A stretch of 64,000 nucleotides of DNA from Coleofasciculus chthonoplastes F2-STO-03 (GTDB taxonomy: Bacteria > Cyanobacteriota > Cyanobacteriia > Cyanobacteriales > Coleofasciculaceae): contig JAVJWO010000195.1 in NCBI GenBank assembly GCA_040222015.1, forward strand, positions 74,721 to 138,720, in the 5' to 3' direction. The position numbers and the translations under genes were made by a program. Of the stretch, positions 20,463-30,925 are shown in pieces (the stretch's first letter is position 1; each line of letters opens with the position of its first letter). The notes beneath the pieces were generated by a model. That model saw nothing but the letters and a program-made list of their open reading frames with translations. It searched no databases and had not been told where the DNA came from.

Positions 20463-22046
20463 ATGTCCGTAGAATCCGCTATCAGCGAAGCTGCCATTGA
20501 GCAGAATCTGGAACAATTTCTCTTGGTGCTGTCGGTGTCTCTGAGTGTCGCCACGGTTTCCCGGATTTTTCCGTTGTTCCGCAAAATCCCTTATACCTTA
20601 CTTCTGGTTATTGTCGGCTTAGGTTTAGCCTTTGTAGATGTGCGCCTGGTGAACCTATCCCCCGAACTGATTCTAGAGATTTTCCTTCCCCCCCTCCTCT
20701 TTGAAGCAGCCTGGAATATCCGTTGGCGGGATTTGCGGCGGGATTTAATCCCGGTGATTCTGTTTGCAGTGGTAGGGGTGGTGATTTCGGTGCTGGGAAT
20801 TGCCTTTACCATTACCCAATTCACCGAATTACCCCTAGCGCTCGCATTATTAGTCAGCGCGAGTCTAGCCGCAACTGATCCGGTATCAGTAATCGCCCTA
20901 TTCCGGGAACTGGGTGCGGATAAACGCCTGAAAACCCTCATGGAGGGGGAAAGCTTATTTAATGATGGTGTCGCCGTCGTCGCCTTTCTCTTATTAGTCG
21001 GTATTCCCCTCGGTACGCAGGAATTTTCCCTATCCACCACAGTTGCCCAATTCTTTACCTTTATCGGAATTGGTATCGGTGTCGGTTGCTTAATCGGGTT
21101 TGGTATTTCCTTTCTTACCCAACGCTTTGATTTACCCCTCGTCGAACAATCCCTGACGTTAGTCTCTGCCTATGGCACCTACCTGATTACCGAAGAACTC
21201 GGTGGTTCTGGGGTAATTGGCGTAGTAACTGTGGGGTTAGTTCTGGGAAACTTTGGTTCCCGGATTGGCATGAACCCCCGTACCCGCTTAATTGTCTCTG
21301 AATTCTGGGATTTTCTGGCATTTTTTGTCAACTCAATTGTCTTTCTCCTCATTGGTGACCAAATCGATTTTTCCCGCTTGGGACAAAACCTAGACTTAAT
21401 TGGGGTTACCATTGGAGCCCTTCTCTTCACCCGCGCTATCTCAATTTACGGCTTAGCGACGATTAGTAATGGACTCGCCAAGTCCAACATAGGTTGGCGA
21501 CAGCAAACGGTGTTGTGGTGGGGTGGATTACGGGGTTCAGTTTCCATTGCCCTAGCCTTAAGTGTTCCGGTGAGTTTGGAGGGACGACAAGATATTATTG
21601 TTACGGTTTTTGGCGTGGTACTGTTTACGCTCTTAGTTGAGGGGTTAACTACTCAATTCCTTCTGGAAAAACTGGATTTAATTGGGGATCAACCCGTGCG
21701 TCATAAATATTCTGAGGCAATCGCTCGTCGTGTTGCACTAAATCGAGTAAAAAACTACTTAGAGTCAGCAACGACTAACAACGAAATGAATTCAGAATTT
21801 TGTCAGTACCAGATAAAACTTGTTGATGGTCAGCTCGAAACTATTCAAACTGAGCTTGAGAAATTACTCCATCACCATCCCCAGTTACAAAGCTTGGACA
21901 TGGAACAACTGCAAGAACAAATGGTCAATATTGAGGCGGATACCTATGCTGAATTTATCCGTGCTGGACGTTTAACCGAAAACCTCTCACCCCTACTCCA
22001 GGAAGCCTTAATTGAAGCTGATGAAAAGCTGATTGAGAGTGACTAA
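20463..22046 (+). CDS. Na+/H+ antiporter, CPA1/NhaP family
   Basis: FLPPLLFEAA, ATDPVSV, EGESLFNDG, GGLRG; many TM helices. Confidence 0.93.
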   Translation: MSVESAISEAAIEQNLEQFLLVLSVSLSVATVSRIFPLFRKIPYTLLLVIVGLGLAFVDVRLVNLSPELILEIFLPPLLFEAAWNIRWRDLRRDLIPVILFAVVGVVISVLGIAFTITQFTELPLALALLVSASLAATDPVSVIALFRELGADKRLKTLMEGESLFNDGVAVVAFLLLVGIPLGTQEFSLSTTVAQFFTFIGIGIGVGCLIGFGISFLTQRFDLPLVEQSLTLVSAYGTYLITEELGGSGVIGVVTVGLVLGNFGSRIGMNPRTRLIVSEFWDFLAFFVNSIVFLLIGDQIDFSRLGQNLDLIGVTIGALLFTRAISIYGLATISNGLAKSNIGWRQQTVLWWGGLRGSVSIALALSVPVSLEGRQDIIVTVFGVVLFTLLVEGLTTQFLLEKLDLIGDQPVRHKYSEAIARRVALNRVKNYLESATTNNEMNSEFCQYQIKLVDGQLETIQTELEKLLHHHPQLQSLDMEQLQEQMVNIEADTYAEFIRAGRLTENLSPLLQEALIEADEKLIESD

Positions 22047-22054
22047 TACCGGAT

Positions 22055-22086
22055 TGTTCCAGACGCGCCATGGCGCGTCTGGAACA
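22055..22086. repeat. Perfect palindrome (REP-like)
   Basis: TGTTCCAGACGCGCCATGGCGCGTCTGGAACA; the same core is inserted in tnpB at about 15448-15469. Confidence 0.8.
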
Positions 22087-22288
22087 ACAGTTCGTTTGTC
22101 CTAATCGATGTGTCTACTGCTATAATACCCAATTTAAATGCATTACAGCTTATTCCCAGAAACCGGGTTTCTCGTAAGGAAGCAACAAATATCGGCATTT
22201 CACCAAAGAAACCGAGTTTCTTGACCGAAGTTCTACATAATTAAAGATGTTTGCACTTGCCCCAGGTTTAACTTTCCATACTGAAATT

Positions 22289-22693
22289 ATGAAACGTAAA
22301 CTTTTTATTGTAACGCTCTTCTTCGTGATTTGTTGCGTCCTTCCAGCTCAAGCGGAAAATTTGCCAACACTTGCTCAGAGTAGCGTTGACACTCAAGAAC
22401 CAATCCAGTTGCCGTTAAAGTCGTACTTTCTAAACGTTTTAGCAGGGGGATCACGACAATCGATTCAGCTTGATTCACCAGCAACGCAACTGATTATTTA
22501 TGTTCAGCGAGGAGAAAAGCCGATTCGCTGTGGTGATTGTATGAAAACCTATAATTGTACTCCAGGAAAGCCGCTAACAATTAACGTCGATCCCACTACA
22601 CCCATTAAAAAAATTTGGGCAGAGAATCCTTATGAGAAACAGGTGCGCCTACGCCTCGATGTTCTTGAAGAATTGACATCCTCACCGGACTGA
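22289..22693 (+). CDS. Secreted hypothetical protein
   Basis: MKRK-hydrophobic-AQA signal peptide; start placed at ATG 22289. Confidence 0.65.
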   Translation: MKRKLFIVTLFFVICCVLPAQAENLPTLAQSSVDTQEPIQLPLKSYFLNVLAGGSRQSIQLDSPATQLIIYVQRGEKPIRCGDCMKTYNCTPGKPLTINVDPTTPIKKIWAENPYEKQVRLRLDVLEELTSSPD

Positions 22694-22744
22694 AATCACG
22701 GTGATTTCCCAGCAATCGAATAGCTGCTAAAGGATTTGATAGAA

Positions 22745-23413
22745 TCAACCAATCCGGTTTGATGCTAGTTTATCAGCCCAACGGGTTGTTTCCGGTAATC
22801 GATATTTTGGAGTGCAGCGCATGACATAATCGATCGCAGTGGGTAAGCTGATCCGATGACCCGGAGAAACATAGAGAGGTTTCACGCCAGTACGCGATCG
22901 CACGACAGCGCCAATCACCTCTCCCCGATGTCGCAAGGGTTGCCAATTCCCCTTCTCTGGGGGTAATTCCTCATACTGACCAATTAATCGCGACTTCGCT
23001 ACCCCAATCGTAGGTACTGTAATCAATAATCCTAAATGACAAGCCAAACCAAATCGCCGGGGATGGGCAATTCCTTGACCATCACACAAGATTAAATCAG
23101 GAGTTATTTTAATCTGAGATAGGGCATCTAGTACCACAGGAACTTCCCGAAACGAGAGAAACCCTGGAATATAGGGAAAGTTGGTTGGGCGGCGTGCGAT
23201 CGCCTGTTCGATGAGTTGCAGTTCGGGAAAACTCAGTACCGCAACGGCGGCGCGGGAAATCGCGTAATTGTCTTCAAAACCAACATCCACACCCGCGACA
23301 TAGTTGACCTCACCCAACTGATCAGAGGTAATAATTTCACCACTGAGTTGGTTTTGGATCGCCGTCGCTTCCTCAACCGTTAGAGTCCACGAGTGGCGTT
23401 GATAAATTTCCAT
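22745..23413 (-). CDS. nfi: Endonuclease V
   Basis: AGVDV, PYIPGFLSFRE, DGQGIAHPR, GVAKSRL, PETTRWAD. Confidence 0.96.
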   Translation of the reverse strand: MEIYQRHSWTLTVEEATAIQNQLSGEIITSDQLGEVNYVAGVDVGFEDNYAISRAAVAVLSFPELQLIEQAIARRPTNFPYIPGFLSFREVPVVLDALSQIKITPDLILCDGQGIAHPRRFGLACHLGLLITVPTIGVAKSRLIGQYEELPPEKGNWQPLRHRGEVIGAVVRSRTGVKPLYVSPGHRISLPTAIDYVMRCTPKYRLPETTRWADKLASNRIG

Positions 23414-23520
23414 GTTGATAATTACTAAGTCGTCGGACAAAAGAAAACAGCACACCCACGCTTGTTTTGTCAACAAGCCGCAAACTCTTACAAATGACAA
23501 ATGACAAATGACAATCCTAT

Positions 23521-25686
23521 TTAGTCTTGAAACACCATAATTGTCCCCGAATAACACGCCACCCAAACCTGATTCGTTTCTGGATCATACGTAATTCCAA
23601 TCGGATTAGCATTCGTATTCACCGTTTGCTGAATTGACATATCGCTGGTACGCACTTTACTCATGGTATTTGAGTGATAATTCACCACATACAGAAATTC
23701 ACCATTATCGGATATATCCATGCTGCGGGGTGCATTCCCGGTGGCAACTTTGCGTAAAACCTTGCCTGTAAATAAATCAATTTTAGCCACCGTTCCTTCC
23801 CCATTTAACGTGGCGTAGAGATACTGACCACCTGGATCAATACTTAAATGACGCGGTGAATTACCAATATTTTTCAGCCAGTCGAGTGAGAAATCATTGA
23901 GATCGACAACAGCAATATCATAAGCACCCATCACCGCCACATAGGCTTTTTGGGACGCCGCATCAACCGCAATTCCACGGGGATATCGACCCAATTTAAT
24001 CCGCCGAACTTCCTGATTTTGCTGAATATCGACAACACTTAAATCCCAACTACACCAATTACTGACTAGGGCAAATCGATTATCGGGGCTAGTGGCGACA
24101 AATTTAGGCACAGAACCGACTTCAATCACTTGGTCAATCGCTAAACTATCGGTACTGATGCGATACAAAAAACTATTGTCTGTTTTTTGCGAGGGGCTAC
24201 ATTTGTCACTTCCTGGATTATTAAATCCTGAACCATACATCTGGTAATTAGACACCCAGGCATATTTGCCATTATCGGAAAAGGCGGCTTCTACAGGAGA
24301 TCCTTTATAGGTTCCACTCCCTTTGGAATGCCCGTATTTCTCCAAATTCACGGCATCGGCAATCGTTTTGACCAAATTATACTGGCGGTCATACACCGTA
24401 ATCGTATGACTGTACATCATATTCTGGGCAAAAAATAAACCCCGACCTGAATGCACAATAGATTTGGGGGAAATTTTGCCAGAAATGGTTTGTTTTAGCG
24501 TCATCTGGCTGGACTGACGTTGCTCATCGTTCTTTTTTTTTTCGCTATCTTCGTTAATAAAAGAGTCCTGTTCCGAAGGAGTGGTGTCGTAATTTTCTTG
24601 CGGTTCGATGAATGAATCCTGATTAAAGGGACTATCCTGGGAATTTTCCGTCGATGTTGAGAACGAGTCTTGATTCAATTCCCCAGTTGGAGACTCAATC
24701 GGGGATGGTGTTGTTGTGGGAGAGGATAATTCTAATGTCGCTTTGGTATTAGCACCAACCATCCCATCCACGGTTAATCCCCTGGCTTTTTGATATTGAA
24801 TTACCGCATTTTCGGTTAGGTTGCCATAATACCCCGTGATTGGTCCGTCATAATACCCCTGTGCTTGTAATGTTCTCTGTAGCGCCATCACATCTGAATT
24901 GCGACTCCCTCGCTTGAGAACTAAACCAGGATTCGCGAATCCCATGCGATCCTCTGTCGCTTCCGTTGAGGGGGCAGTTTGTGAGGCGGATGACGCTGGA
25001 GTCGATTCTAAAGCAGCACGGGTTTTAGGTCCAGCAATCCCATCTACGGTTAATCCCTTGGCTTTTTGCAGTTGAATCACAGCAGATTGGGTCGTTGAAC
25101 CGTAGTATCCGGTAATCGGTCCATTAAAATAGCCAGCCACTTGTAAATTTCGCTGAAGAGAGGCGACTTGAGAAGTGCGATCGCCTCGTTGGAGAATAAA
25201 ATTGGGTCGGGCAGATATTAGAGGTTTCTCCGGTTCTGGTATGGGTGACTCAAACTCTAGAGGTGTATCAAGACTCGCATCCGTTGCTGCGGCGGAGTCA
25301 GACTCTAATGTGGCGGTGGTATTCGTCCCAACGATACCATCTGGACTAAGTCCGTTGGCTTGTTGAAACTGGATAACAGCGGCTTCGGTTAAGGGTCCAT
25401 AGTACCCGGTAATCGGTCCATTAAAGTACCCCTCAGCTTGCAGCGTTTTCTGAAGAGTCGTCACCTCAGCCCCACTATTTCCTTTCCGCAACGCTAAAAC
25501 GGGACTAGCTAGGCTAACAATAAACAGCGCCATGCTTAAGAAGATAAAGGGAATCCAAGCCGCACTCAGGCGCTTTTTCGGGTCGAGTTCTGGGATGAAT
25601 AAGCTGGAACTGGCGGGGGGTTGGGGTTCAGAGGGTGCCAATGCTTCATCCGTGACTGTCAAATGAAGGGAGGCAGGGTTTTCCAT
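23521..25686 (-). CDS. Peptidoglycan-binding protein with C-terminal YVTN-type beta-propeller
   Basis: Three LQ..L...GY.GPITGYYG..T..AV...Q...GL..DG..G..T domains; G..P.G/H beta-propeller repeats. Confidence 0.88.
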   Translation of the reverse strand: MENPASLHLTVTDEALAPSEPQPPASSSLFIPELDPKKRLSAAWIPFIFLSMALFIVSLASPVLALRKGNSGAEVTTLQKTLQAEGYFNGPITGYYGPLTEAAVIQFQQANGLSPDGIVGTNTTATLESDSAAATDASLDTPLEFESPIPEPEKPLISARPNFILQRGDRTSQVASLQRNLQVAGYFNGPITGYYGSTTQSAVIQLQKAKGLTVDGIAGPKTRAALESTPASSASQTAPSTEATEDRMGFANPGLVLKRGSRNSDVMALQRTLQAQGYYDGPITGYYGNLTENAVIQYQKARGLTVDGMVGANTKATLELSSPTTTPSPIESPTGELNQDSFSTSTENSQDSPFNQDSFIEPQENYDTTPSEQDSFINEDSEKKKNDEQRQSSQMTLKQTISGKISPKSIVHSGRGLFFAQNMMYSHTITVYDRQYNLVKTIADAVNLEKYGHSKGSGTYKGSPVEAAFSDNGKYAWVSNYQMYGSGFNNPGSDKCSPSQKTDNSFLYRISTDSLAIDQVIEVGSVPKFVATSPDNRFALVSNWCSWDLSVVDIQQNQEVRRIKLGRYPRGIAVDAASQKAYVAVMGAYDIAVVDLNDFSLDWLKNIGNSPRHLSIDPGGQYLYATLNGEGTVAKIDLFTGKVLRKVATGNAPRSMDISDNGEFLYVVNYHSNTMSKVRTSDMSIQQTVNTNANPIGITYDPETNQVWVACYSGTIMVFQD

Positions 25687-26042
25687 AGTTCTCTATTTTT
25701 TTAGCGCATTCTTCGCTATCCTATACCAGGGACTTTGACAAGGGCTACCGTTGAACTAGCAATTAGACAAATTACTAGGCGCGATCGCATTGATCATTTA
25801 GAATATATAAAGGTCATCACGCTACCTTTCCCTTTAGAAATTACTGCTGCATCATACCAACCGCCTGCAAACATCTCTAAACCCAACAGGCAAGGCGGTC
25901 AAGGGAAATTTTAGTGGGTCTGTTACTTCTACCCTCCAGTCCTGAGTCTAAAAGCTAGTCTGGACAATGCTTTCAGTCATCGATGCGACTGAAAAGCTTT
26001 TATAGAGAAAATTAGCAAACTTGAATCCATTAACCGTATTAG

Positions 26043-26058
26043 TGTGATTCAAGTTACA
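26043..26058. promoter_or_regulatory. CRP/NtcA-family-like operator
   Basis: TGTGA-N6-TTACA, also readable as GTG-N8-TAC, about 130 bp upstream of the RsbW-like gene. Confidence 0.35.
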
Positions 26059-26188
26059 TCAGTGGAGTGCAACCAATTACCCTAACCAACGGGAATTATC
26101 ACGTTACCGTTAATCTACCTATCACAATGCACGACCTTAAAATCGTGGATACTAAAAATTAGTTTCTTTCCATGAGGGGACTTTTCTT

Positions 26189-26737
26189 ATGCAAATGCAA
26201 AATACCCTAGAGCAACTCCCTGAAGGCGGAATGGGCATCAAAATTATTTCCCAGATAGCCGATGAGATCAGGTATATTCGCACCCGAGACCATAAAAATT
26301 GTTTGTTCATCAGCAAAGTCTATGACCAAGAACCTGTTAAACTATTACCGAAATGCCACCAAAAAAATTTATTTTCTCGGTTAGTTTGTGTCTGCCGCCG
26401 CTTGATTTTGACTCTGGTCAATTCCTATCGCAGAAACCGGGCGAAGTCTCGTTATAGAAACCTGAGGCTTACCGTCAATAGCGACCTAAATTCGGTAGAA
26501 CAAATTTTAGAGTGGTATGGGCAGCTTCAGCATTTACCCATTCCTCAACAGGTTTGGCAATTAGGTCAAATCGCTCTAGTTGAGGCATTTACGAATGTTG
26601 TTCGTCACGCCCACAAAGGCTTATCTAAATCTACTCCCGTTGACTTGGAAATCACTGTATCAAATCACCGTTTAGATATGAAAATTTGGGATTATGGACA
26701 GCCCTTTGATTTAGAATCCAAATTGAAAGAACTTTAG
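26189..26737 (+). CDS. RsbW-like anti-sigma/Ser kinase (HATPase_c_2), apparently circularly permuted
   Basis: G2 box EGGMGIKII..IADE comes before N box EAFTNVVRHA and G1 box WDYGQPFD. Confidence 0.75.
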   Translation: MQMQNTLEQLPEGGMGIKIISQIADEIRYIRTRDHKNCLFISKVYDQEPVKLLPKCHQKNLFSRLVCVCRRLILTLVNSYRRNRAKSRYRNLRLTVNSDLNSVEQILEWYGQLQHLPIPQQVWQLGQIALVEAFTNVVRHAHKGLSKSTPVDLEITVSNHRLDMKIWDYGQPFDLESKLKEL

Positions 26738-27006
26738 CTGAAAAACATTTGGGTCATTGAGAGTCCCCTAGGGTTTTCTTCTTGAAACGTTGTTTCTCCC
26801 TTAATCATGAATCCTGAACAGATGACAGACAAACCTGTTCAGGGTAAAAGATTAGGAATATACTCTTGCCGTATGAGTTTAGCCGCTAAGTCTCGCCTAG
26901 CAACTGTGCTTTCCTAGTCCCCCGTTTCTGAAGAGATAAGTAAAATCATGCTTGTACTATCTCATCAATGATAGTATCGTTGTGGCAGGGTGACTCCTAG
27001 AGAAAG

Positions 27007-27474
27007 ATGCAACGATTGAAAAAATTACTCCTTCTATTCAAAAATTCTTGTGGGGACAACTCATTTCTGAGTGCGATTGAACAGGTTGAGGGCATTGTCT
27101 CCAAGATTTTGTCCATAGTGATGATTGCTGTCATCTTGGTGGCAATGTTCGATCTGATTATCGTTCTCTCCCAACAATTGCTGGTTGAACCCTTCGGTTT
27201 CTTTAATGAAAACTTGTTTGAAATTTTTGGGCTATTTTTAAATGTTCTGATTGCCCTGGAAATTCTGGAAAACATTACTGCCTATCTGCGTAAGCATGTT
27301 GTTCAAGTTGAACTTGTTATCGTCACCTCCCTAATAGCCGTTGCCCGTAAAATTATCATTCTCAACCTTGACAAAACGGGAGGCATTGAAATTATTGGTT
27401 TAGCCCTGGCTATTCTATCACTCTCGATCAGTTATTGGATTATCCGCCGCACTACGCCGAAAAAACCTTATTGA
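27007..27474 (+). CDS. PsiE-family membrane protein
   Basis: LIALEILENITAYL, SLIAVARKIIILN; four TM helices. Confidence 0.85.
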   Translation: MQRLKKLLLLFKNSCGDNSFLSAIEQVEGIVSKILSIVMIAVILVAMFDLIIVLSQQLLVEPFGFFNENLFEIFGLFLNVLIALEILENITAYLRKHVVQVELVIVTSLIAVARKIIILNLDKTGGIEIIGLALAILSLSISYWIIRRTTPKKPY

Positions 27475-27542
27475 ATTTGTCATTCGTCATATCATGTCAG
27501 CCTAAACAGTTATCATTTCCTTACATAATTGTGATTTAAACT

Positions 27543-27995
27543 ATGACTCACTTCTTCCAATTTGAGCAAGATTTCGTCGATTCCTTACGCTGCATCCCTA
27601 TGCAGGTACGAATGAAATTAGACACCTGTGGCGTCAAACTTAAATTAGCCCACTGGCATCAATTCACCCAGCAAGAACGTCAGACGTTAGTGGAAATGCC
27701 CACAACCACAGCCCAAGAAAGCCAAGCTTATCGGCAGTACTTACAAAACTTGGTGACGAACTATACAGATCAATCTGCCTCAGAACTGGCTATTGATCCT
27801 AATCCAGCCTGGATGGATGCGACGATAATTCCTGAGGATGTTCAAACGAAAGCCCAAGAATTTGACGTTTCCCTCATGCCTGAACAGTGGGAAGCCCTAA
27901 CTCCCACCCAGCGCTTTGCCCTAATTAAACTGACGCGCCCTAGTCATGAAAACCGAAACTTTTTGCCTGCACTTAAAGAATTTAAAATTATCTAA
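27543..27995 (+). CDS. narM: Nitrate reductase-associated protein
   Basis: FFQFEQDFVDSLRCIPMQVR.KLDTCGVKLKL, QRFALIKL.RPSHEN.NF. Confidence 0.85.
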   Translation: MTHFFQFEQDFVDSLRCIPMQVRMKLDTCGVKLKLAHWHQFTQQERQTLVEMPTTTAQESQAYRQYLQNLVTNYTDQSASELAIDPNPAWMDATIIPEDVQTKAQEFDVSLMPEQWEALTPTQRFALIKLTRPSHENRNFLPALKEFKII

Positions 27996-28094
27996 GTAAA
28001 TCGTCATTTGTCATTTGTCATTTGCTTGGGCTCTGAGCGTAAGCCGAAGAGTCATTTGTCATTGCTCACTGTTCCCTGAAAATTCATAATGCCC

Positions 28095-30008
28095 TTAATT
28101 TAATGCCATGCGACTTAAGGAATTAGAAATTGACGATTGAGATGATCGAACATTTGAATCTACCTGCTTTTGATAGACATTTGAACAACAGTACTGCTGT
28201 AGATTAGGTTCAATGGGGATTTCAATCACAAACTCTGTTCCCTGACCTGGTGACGAAAAGCACTTGAGATGTCCACCATGCTTTTCCACCACAATCTGAT
28301 AACTAATAGATAAGCCTAATCCCGTACCCTTGCCAACAGGTTTGGTAGTAAAGAAGGGGTCAAATAGTCGCTGCTTAACGGAATCGGGAATACCCACGCC
28401 ATTATCGGCAATCCGAATAGCAATCCAGTTTTCGTTGATTACCTGCGTACCAACCTCAATCATGGGGTTTTTGGATGAAGTATTCTCGCCCAATGCGCCT
28501 TTCTCTAACCCTTCTTCTAAGGCATCAAGTGCGTTACACAGAATATTCATGAACACTTGGTTCAATTGTCCTGCATAGCACTCGATCAAGGGTAAGTCAC
28601 CATAGTTTTTGACAACGGTAATTGCGCTTTGCCTTGCTTTGCCTTTGATGCGGCTTTGCAGAATCAACAGGGTATTATTAATCCCTTCATGAATATCCAC
28701 CGAGGTTTTCTCGGCACGATCTAGATGAGAGAAGTTCCGCAGCGATCGTACGATGTGATAGATCCGATCTGCCCCCACTTTCATCGAATGCAATAATTTC
28801 GGCAGATCTGTGGTAATGAAATTGAGATCGATGAGTTCGATATGCTCTTGAACCTTGGCTGAGGGTTGGGGACAGGACTCTTGATAAAGTTCAAGTAACT
28901 CTAATATATCCTGAAAGTATTGCTCGGCGTAATTCAGGTTACCATAGATAAAGTTGACTGGGTTGTTAATTTCATGAGCGACGCCAGCAACTAATTGCCC
29001 TAAACTCGACATTTTTTCGGAGTGGACGAGTTGAGCTTGAGTATGTTTAAGCTTTTGCAGGGCGTCTTGCAGTTGCTGAGTCTGTTGTTCCAACTGGGTT
29101 TGCGATCGCCGCAGTTGATGTTCGACTTGCTTACGTTCCTTAATTTCCCGTCTGAGTCGCTGATTGACCTGTACCAGTTCAGCCGTGCGTTCAGTAACTC
29201 GTCTTTCTAAGTCATCATGAGCATTTTGTAGTGCTTCTTGTGCTAGTTTGCGTTCAGTGATATCGCGGACTACCTTGGTAAACCCGCGCAATCGCCCTTT
29301 CTTGTCGTACAGGGCTGTAATCACTGCATTTGCCCAAAACCTTGATCCATCCTGGCGAACTCGGTAACTTTCATCCTCAAACCGACCGTTTTCTGCCGCG
29401 ATTTTCAGGGCTTGCTCTAGTTTACCTGCCTGAACATCTTCCGGTAAATAAAATCGAGACACGGGTTCACCGAGAATCTCTTCTTCTTGATACCCGTTAA
29501 TCCGTTCAGCACCCTGATTCCAACTGATGACCCGTCCCTGTGGGTCTAGCATATAAATGGCATAGTCTTTGACATTTTCCACCAGACAACGGAAGCGTTC
29601 TTCACTCTCTCGTAGGGCTTCCTTGGATTGCTTGCATTCAGTTTGATCGCGCACTACGGCGTAAATCAATTGATTTTCGGGGTGGATTGAGACATTCCAT
29701 AACAGCGATTTGTATGATCCATCTGCACAACGACAGCGATTTCTAAACCGGATTGATGCAGTCGGATTATGGGTAAGGGTTTCTAGCTTCGCGATCGTTA
29801 CCTGGTGGTCGTGCGGATGAACCAGGTTCAGCCAAGGTTGCGCTAAAAGTTCCTGGTGAGTAAAGCCGAGTGTTTCCTCCCATCGGGGATTAAGTTGCTG
29901 GAAATGACCATCTTCCCCCAACACGCACAGCATATCCAACGAGAGCGTGAAAAAAGGATCGGAAGCCAGGCTCCCGGTGCTTGAGGTTGGCGGTAAAAAA
30001 TTTAGCAT
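28095..30008 (-). CDS. PAS-PAS sensor histidine kinase
   Basis: Two PAS/PAC domains, HEINNP H box, NQVFMNIL.NA, DNG.GI, PFFTTK.VGKGTGLGL. Confidence 0.95.
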   Translation of the reverse strand: MLNFLPPTSSTGSLASDPFFTLSLDMLCVLGEDGHFQQLNPRWEETLGFTHQELLAQPWLNLVHPHDHQVTIAKLETLTHNPTASIRFRNRCRCADGSYKSLLWNVSIHPENQLIYAVVRDQTECKQSKEALRESEERFRCLVENVKDYAIYMLDPQGRVISWNQGAERINGYQEEEILGEPVSRFYLPEDVQAGKLEQALKIAAENGRFEDESYRVRQDGSRFWANAVITALYDKKGRLRGFTKVVRDITERKLAQEALQNAHDDLERRVTERTAELVQVNQRLRREIKERKQVEHQLRRSQTQLEQQTQQLQDALQKLKHTQAQLVHSEKMSSLGQLVAGVAHEINNPVNFIYGNLNYAEQYFQDILELLELYQESCPQPSAKVQEHIELIDLNFITTDLPKLLHSMKVGADRIYHIVRSLRNFSHLDRAEKTSVDIHEGINNTLLILQSRIKGKARQSAITVVKNYGDLPLIECYAGQLNQVFMNILCNALDALEEGLEKGALGENTSSKNPMIEVGTQVINENWIAIRIADNGVGIPDSVKQRLFDPFFTTKPVGKGTGLGLSISYQIVVEKHGGHLKCFSSPGQGTEFVIEIPIEPNLQQYCCSNVYQKQVDSNVRSSQSSISNSLSRMALN

Positions 30009-30457
30009 TTTATAGCTGGGGCTTTATTATGGGAACTCTTATCTTTATTTCTATTTTCTTTCAGATGAAGAGTTGTAGATGCAGTTTCCCCGGTTATGCA
30101 TTCGTCTCCTTAGGCTTAAGTTTAAAGGAGTTTAGACCTAACGCTTCGCTGTAATGATTAGAATTACTACTGGGTATGATTAGTTTTGTTTATAACTTAA
30201 CCCGATAAGTCAGTGCAGGGCGCACGGGACGTCTTTGGTGTCAAAGTAATCGTTAGCTGGGCAGTTGTATAGGCGATCGCGTTTGGATCGATGGCAGTCT
30301 TGAATCTTTGTTAAACAAAGACTTGATGCAGATGGGACAATTGTAGCACGGCTGACCTGTTCGCCACACCCCACACCCAGTTTGACAGCCTGTCTTTTGA
30401 CAATGGTTTGCCGCTTTGACAGAATCAAGAGCCAAATATTATCAGCTTCAGTGTCCC

Positions 30458-30799
30458 ATGTCCAAAATCTCTTCTCACCACCACAAGCCTCAAGTTTTTG
30501 CCATCGGAATTGCTCCACTGGGAATCGTATCTATTGGTGTAGTCCCCATGGGAGTAATTTCAATTGGCTTTGTTCCCATGGGAGTGTTCTCCCTAGGTTC
30601 TGTAGCCATGGGAGTCTTCTCGGCTGGGCTAGTTTCTATGGGAACGGTAGCTGTTGGTTTTCAAACGATGGGCTTAGTGAGTATTGGTTCAATGGGTATG
30701 GGGAATATTCGTATTCCTATCGGCGCGGAAGAATCCCTCTCTCATCCCGACAACCATTCTCTTCCCACGCCAAACCAACCCAATCATGATTCTCACTAA
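30458..30799 (+). CDS. Small Gly-pentad-repeat hypothetical protein with His-rich termini
   Basis: G every fifth residue (GIAPLGIVSIGVVPMG...); start uncertain (30416 or 30458). Confidence 0.6.
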   Translation: MSKISSHHHKPQVFAIGIAPLGIVSIGVVPMGVISIGFVPMGVFSLGSVAMGVFSAGLVSMGTVAVGFQTMGLVSIGSMGMGNIRIPIGAEESLSHPDNHSLPTPNQPNHDSH

Positions 30800-30803
30800 G
30801 TTT

Positions 30804-30908
30804 TCATTTGTCATTTGTCATTTGTCATTTGTCATTTGTCATTTGTCATTTGTCATTTGTCATTTGTCATTTGTCATTTGTCATTTGTCATTTGTCATTT
30901 GTCATTTG
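30804..30908. repeat. STRR array, 15 x TCATTTG
   Basis: Perfect tandem heptamers between convergent genes. Confidence 0.95.
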
Positions 30909-30925
30909 TTCTAAAAAACTGAAAA

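Noticed and set aside
22745..23566. Long 273-aa version of nfi
   Set aside because: The extension runs through an STRR array and overlaps the upstream gene; ATG at 23413 is preferred.
30684..30914. ORF encoding (FVICHLS)n
   Set aside because: Translation of the STRR heptamer array, not a credible gene.
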